NCBI RefSeq assembly: GCF_018977255.1
Contig: NW_024704742.1
Span: 114,764,001-114,828,000 of the forward strand
From: Callorhinchus milii
Lineage: Eukaryota
Reading direction: 5' to 3'
DNA length: 64,000 nucleotides
The position numbers were made by a program, and so were the translations under genes. Shown here piece by piece: positions 62,743 through 64,000 of this stretch (position 1 is the first letter of the stretch; each line of letters opens with the position of its first letter). The notes under the pieces are model-generated. The model was not told the origin of the DNA. It was given only the letters and a program-made list of their open reading frames with translations, and did not search any database.

Positions 62743-64000
62743 ATAAGATTTCTGTTAAGAAACAATATCTTGGGATACAGTATACAGTTTGGGACATGAC
62801 ATGTGCACATGACTGTTAGGATGGGGGAAGGCAAACTGGATGGACCTTGGTCTTGTTTCGCCTAGCAAGTTCTTATGATCTATGTTAAGTTGTGTAAATC
62901 AAATTGGAATCTTCCTTTTACATAACCAGTTTCATTGCCGGGCAGCAGGGTTAATACACTTAGATGTTATTCTGTTATTCTTCATCATGTTTTGCAGAAA
63001 CTCCTTAAAAATAAGGCCAGGCAAGATCACCCCAACTCCCACAATGGGCCTGGTCTTTTAAAAAAAAAGTTCAAAAATTTGCATTGATTTTTAGACTCAT
63101 CCTCCCTGGGGCATTTTGGAAAACAAAACCTAAATGAGGATTTCAAACAGATAAAATGATATTAAAAATATAATTAATTGGAACAGTCTGTACAAAAAGC
63201 AAAATGGCTCTGGAGGTTTACTTTTCAATCATCTACAAAATACACAGCCACTACACTTTACAGTAAACCCCGTGAAATGCTTTGAGACGTCCTTCCGATG
63301 TGAAAGGCAAATGCAAGGATAATTATTAATACCATAGTGAAGCTGGAAAGGACTTCTACTCCATCACCCTGCAGGAGGTGGCATAGTTAATCCACTTGAT
63401 CTCATCAGTGAGGTGCTGAGGTGGTTTATTGGGAATGGATATAGGGAGGAGTTGCAGGAGTGTGGAGCTCTTTGCTGAGCCACACAAACTAGGGTGAATG
63501 AGATTTGGAGGAATTGTAGACAACATTTCTCCTTATGGGATTGGGCATGAACTGCAGTGATGAGAAAGGTAGAAAACGAAAACAGACCTTCCAATTGATG
63601 TAGTGCTTTTCACATCACTAAGGACATCTCAAAATGCTTCACAGGATTTACCTTTTAGGCAACTGCAGCATCCAATGTATGCACAAAGAGCCATGAAGTG
63701 GGTGTTAAAGATCCCAATGACACTATTTGAAAGAAGTGGGAGTTTCTCCTGCTGTCCTGGCTAACAATCCCCCAAATAAAATTGGGTCTTTCACTTCATG
63801 GCTATTTGTGGGACATCGCACTAAGCAAATAGGCTCCTCATTTGCTTGCAAAATACCTAACCAATACACTTTACAGAAAAATCCTATGAAACATTGAGTT
63901 GTCTTGCTGACATGATAGGGGGTTATATTAAATGTAAGGATTATTATAGTCCCTCCTCTCTTGCAACAGTGTTTCAGGTGATTCCATACATAGCCTTTCT

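Noticed and set aside
62412..62834. 140-aa minus-strand ORF as an exon of a neighbouring gene
   Set aside because: No recognisable homology, spans an (ATT)n tract and a LINE tail, no convincing exon structure

Overview
Vertebrate genomic DNA, most likely a cartilaginous fish (holocephalan/shark-type SINE, L2 and CR1 repeats). The only protein-coding gene I can support is the 5' part of RASGRF2 on the minus strand: seven coding exons (49243-48968, 31672-31566, 12334-12187, 10521-10432, 7441-7188, 5408-5329, 3163-2970). All have GT-AG junctions and splice into a continuous 383-codon frame (PH, coiled-coil, IQ, start of DH domain); the gene continues beyond the left edge. The putative promoter region (about 49.3-51.3 kb) carries microsatellites and a long G-rich array. 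The rest is intronic or intergenic and dense in retroelements: a young tRNA-derived SINE with an L2-type tail, an older Deu-type SINE, L2 and CR1 LINE fragments, several MITE-like inverted repeats, a 20-bp minisatellite and an unclassified dispersed repeat family. Most ORF-track entries are spurious or TE-derived. I found no convincing new multi-gene system. The best leads are the unclassified repeat family, the SINE subfamily and tail structure, and possible repeat-driven RNA structure in the RASGRF2 pre-mRNA. Exon boundaries were read base by base; repeat boundaries are approximate.
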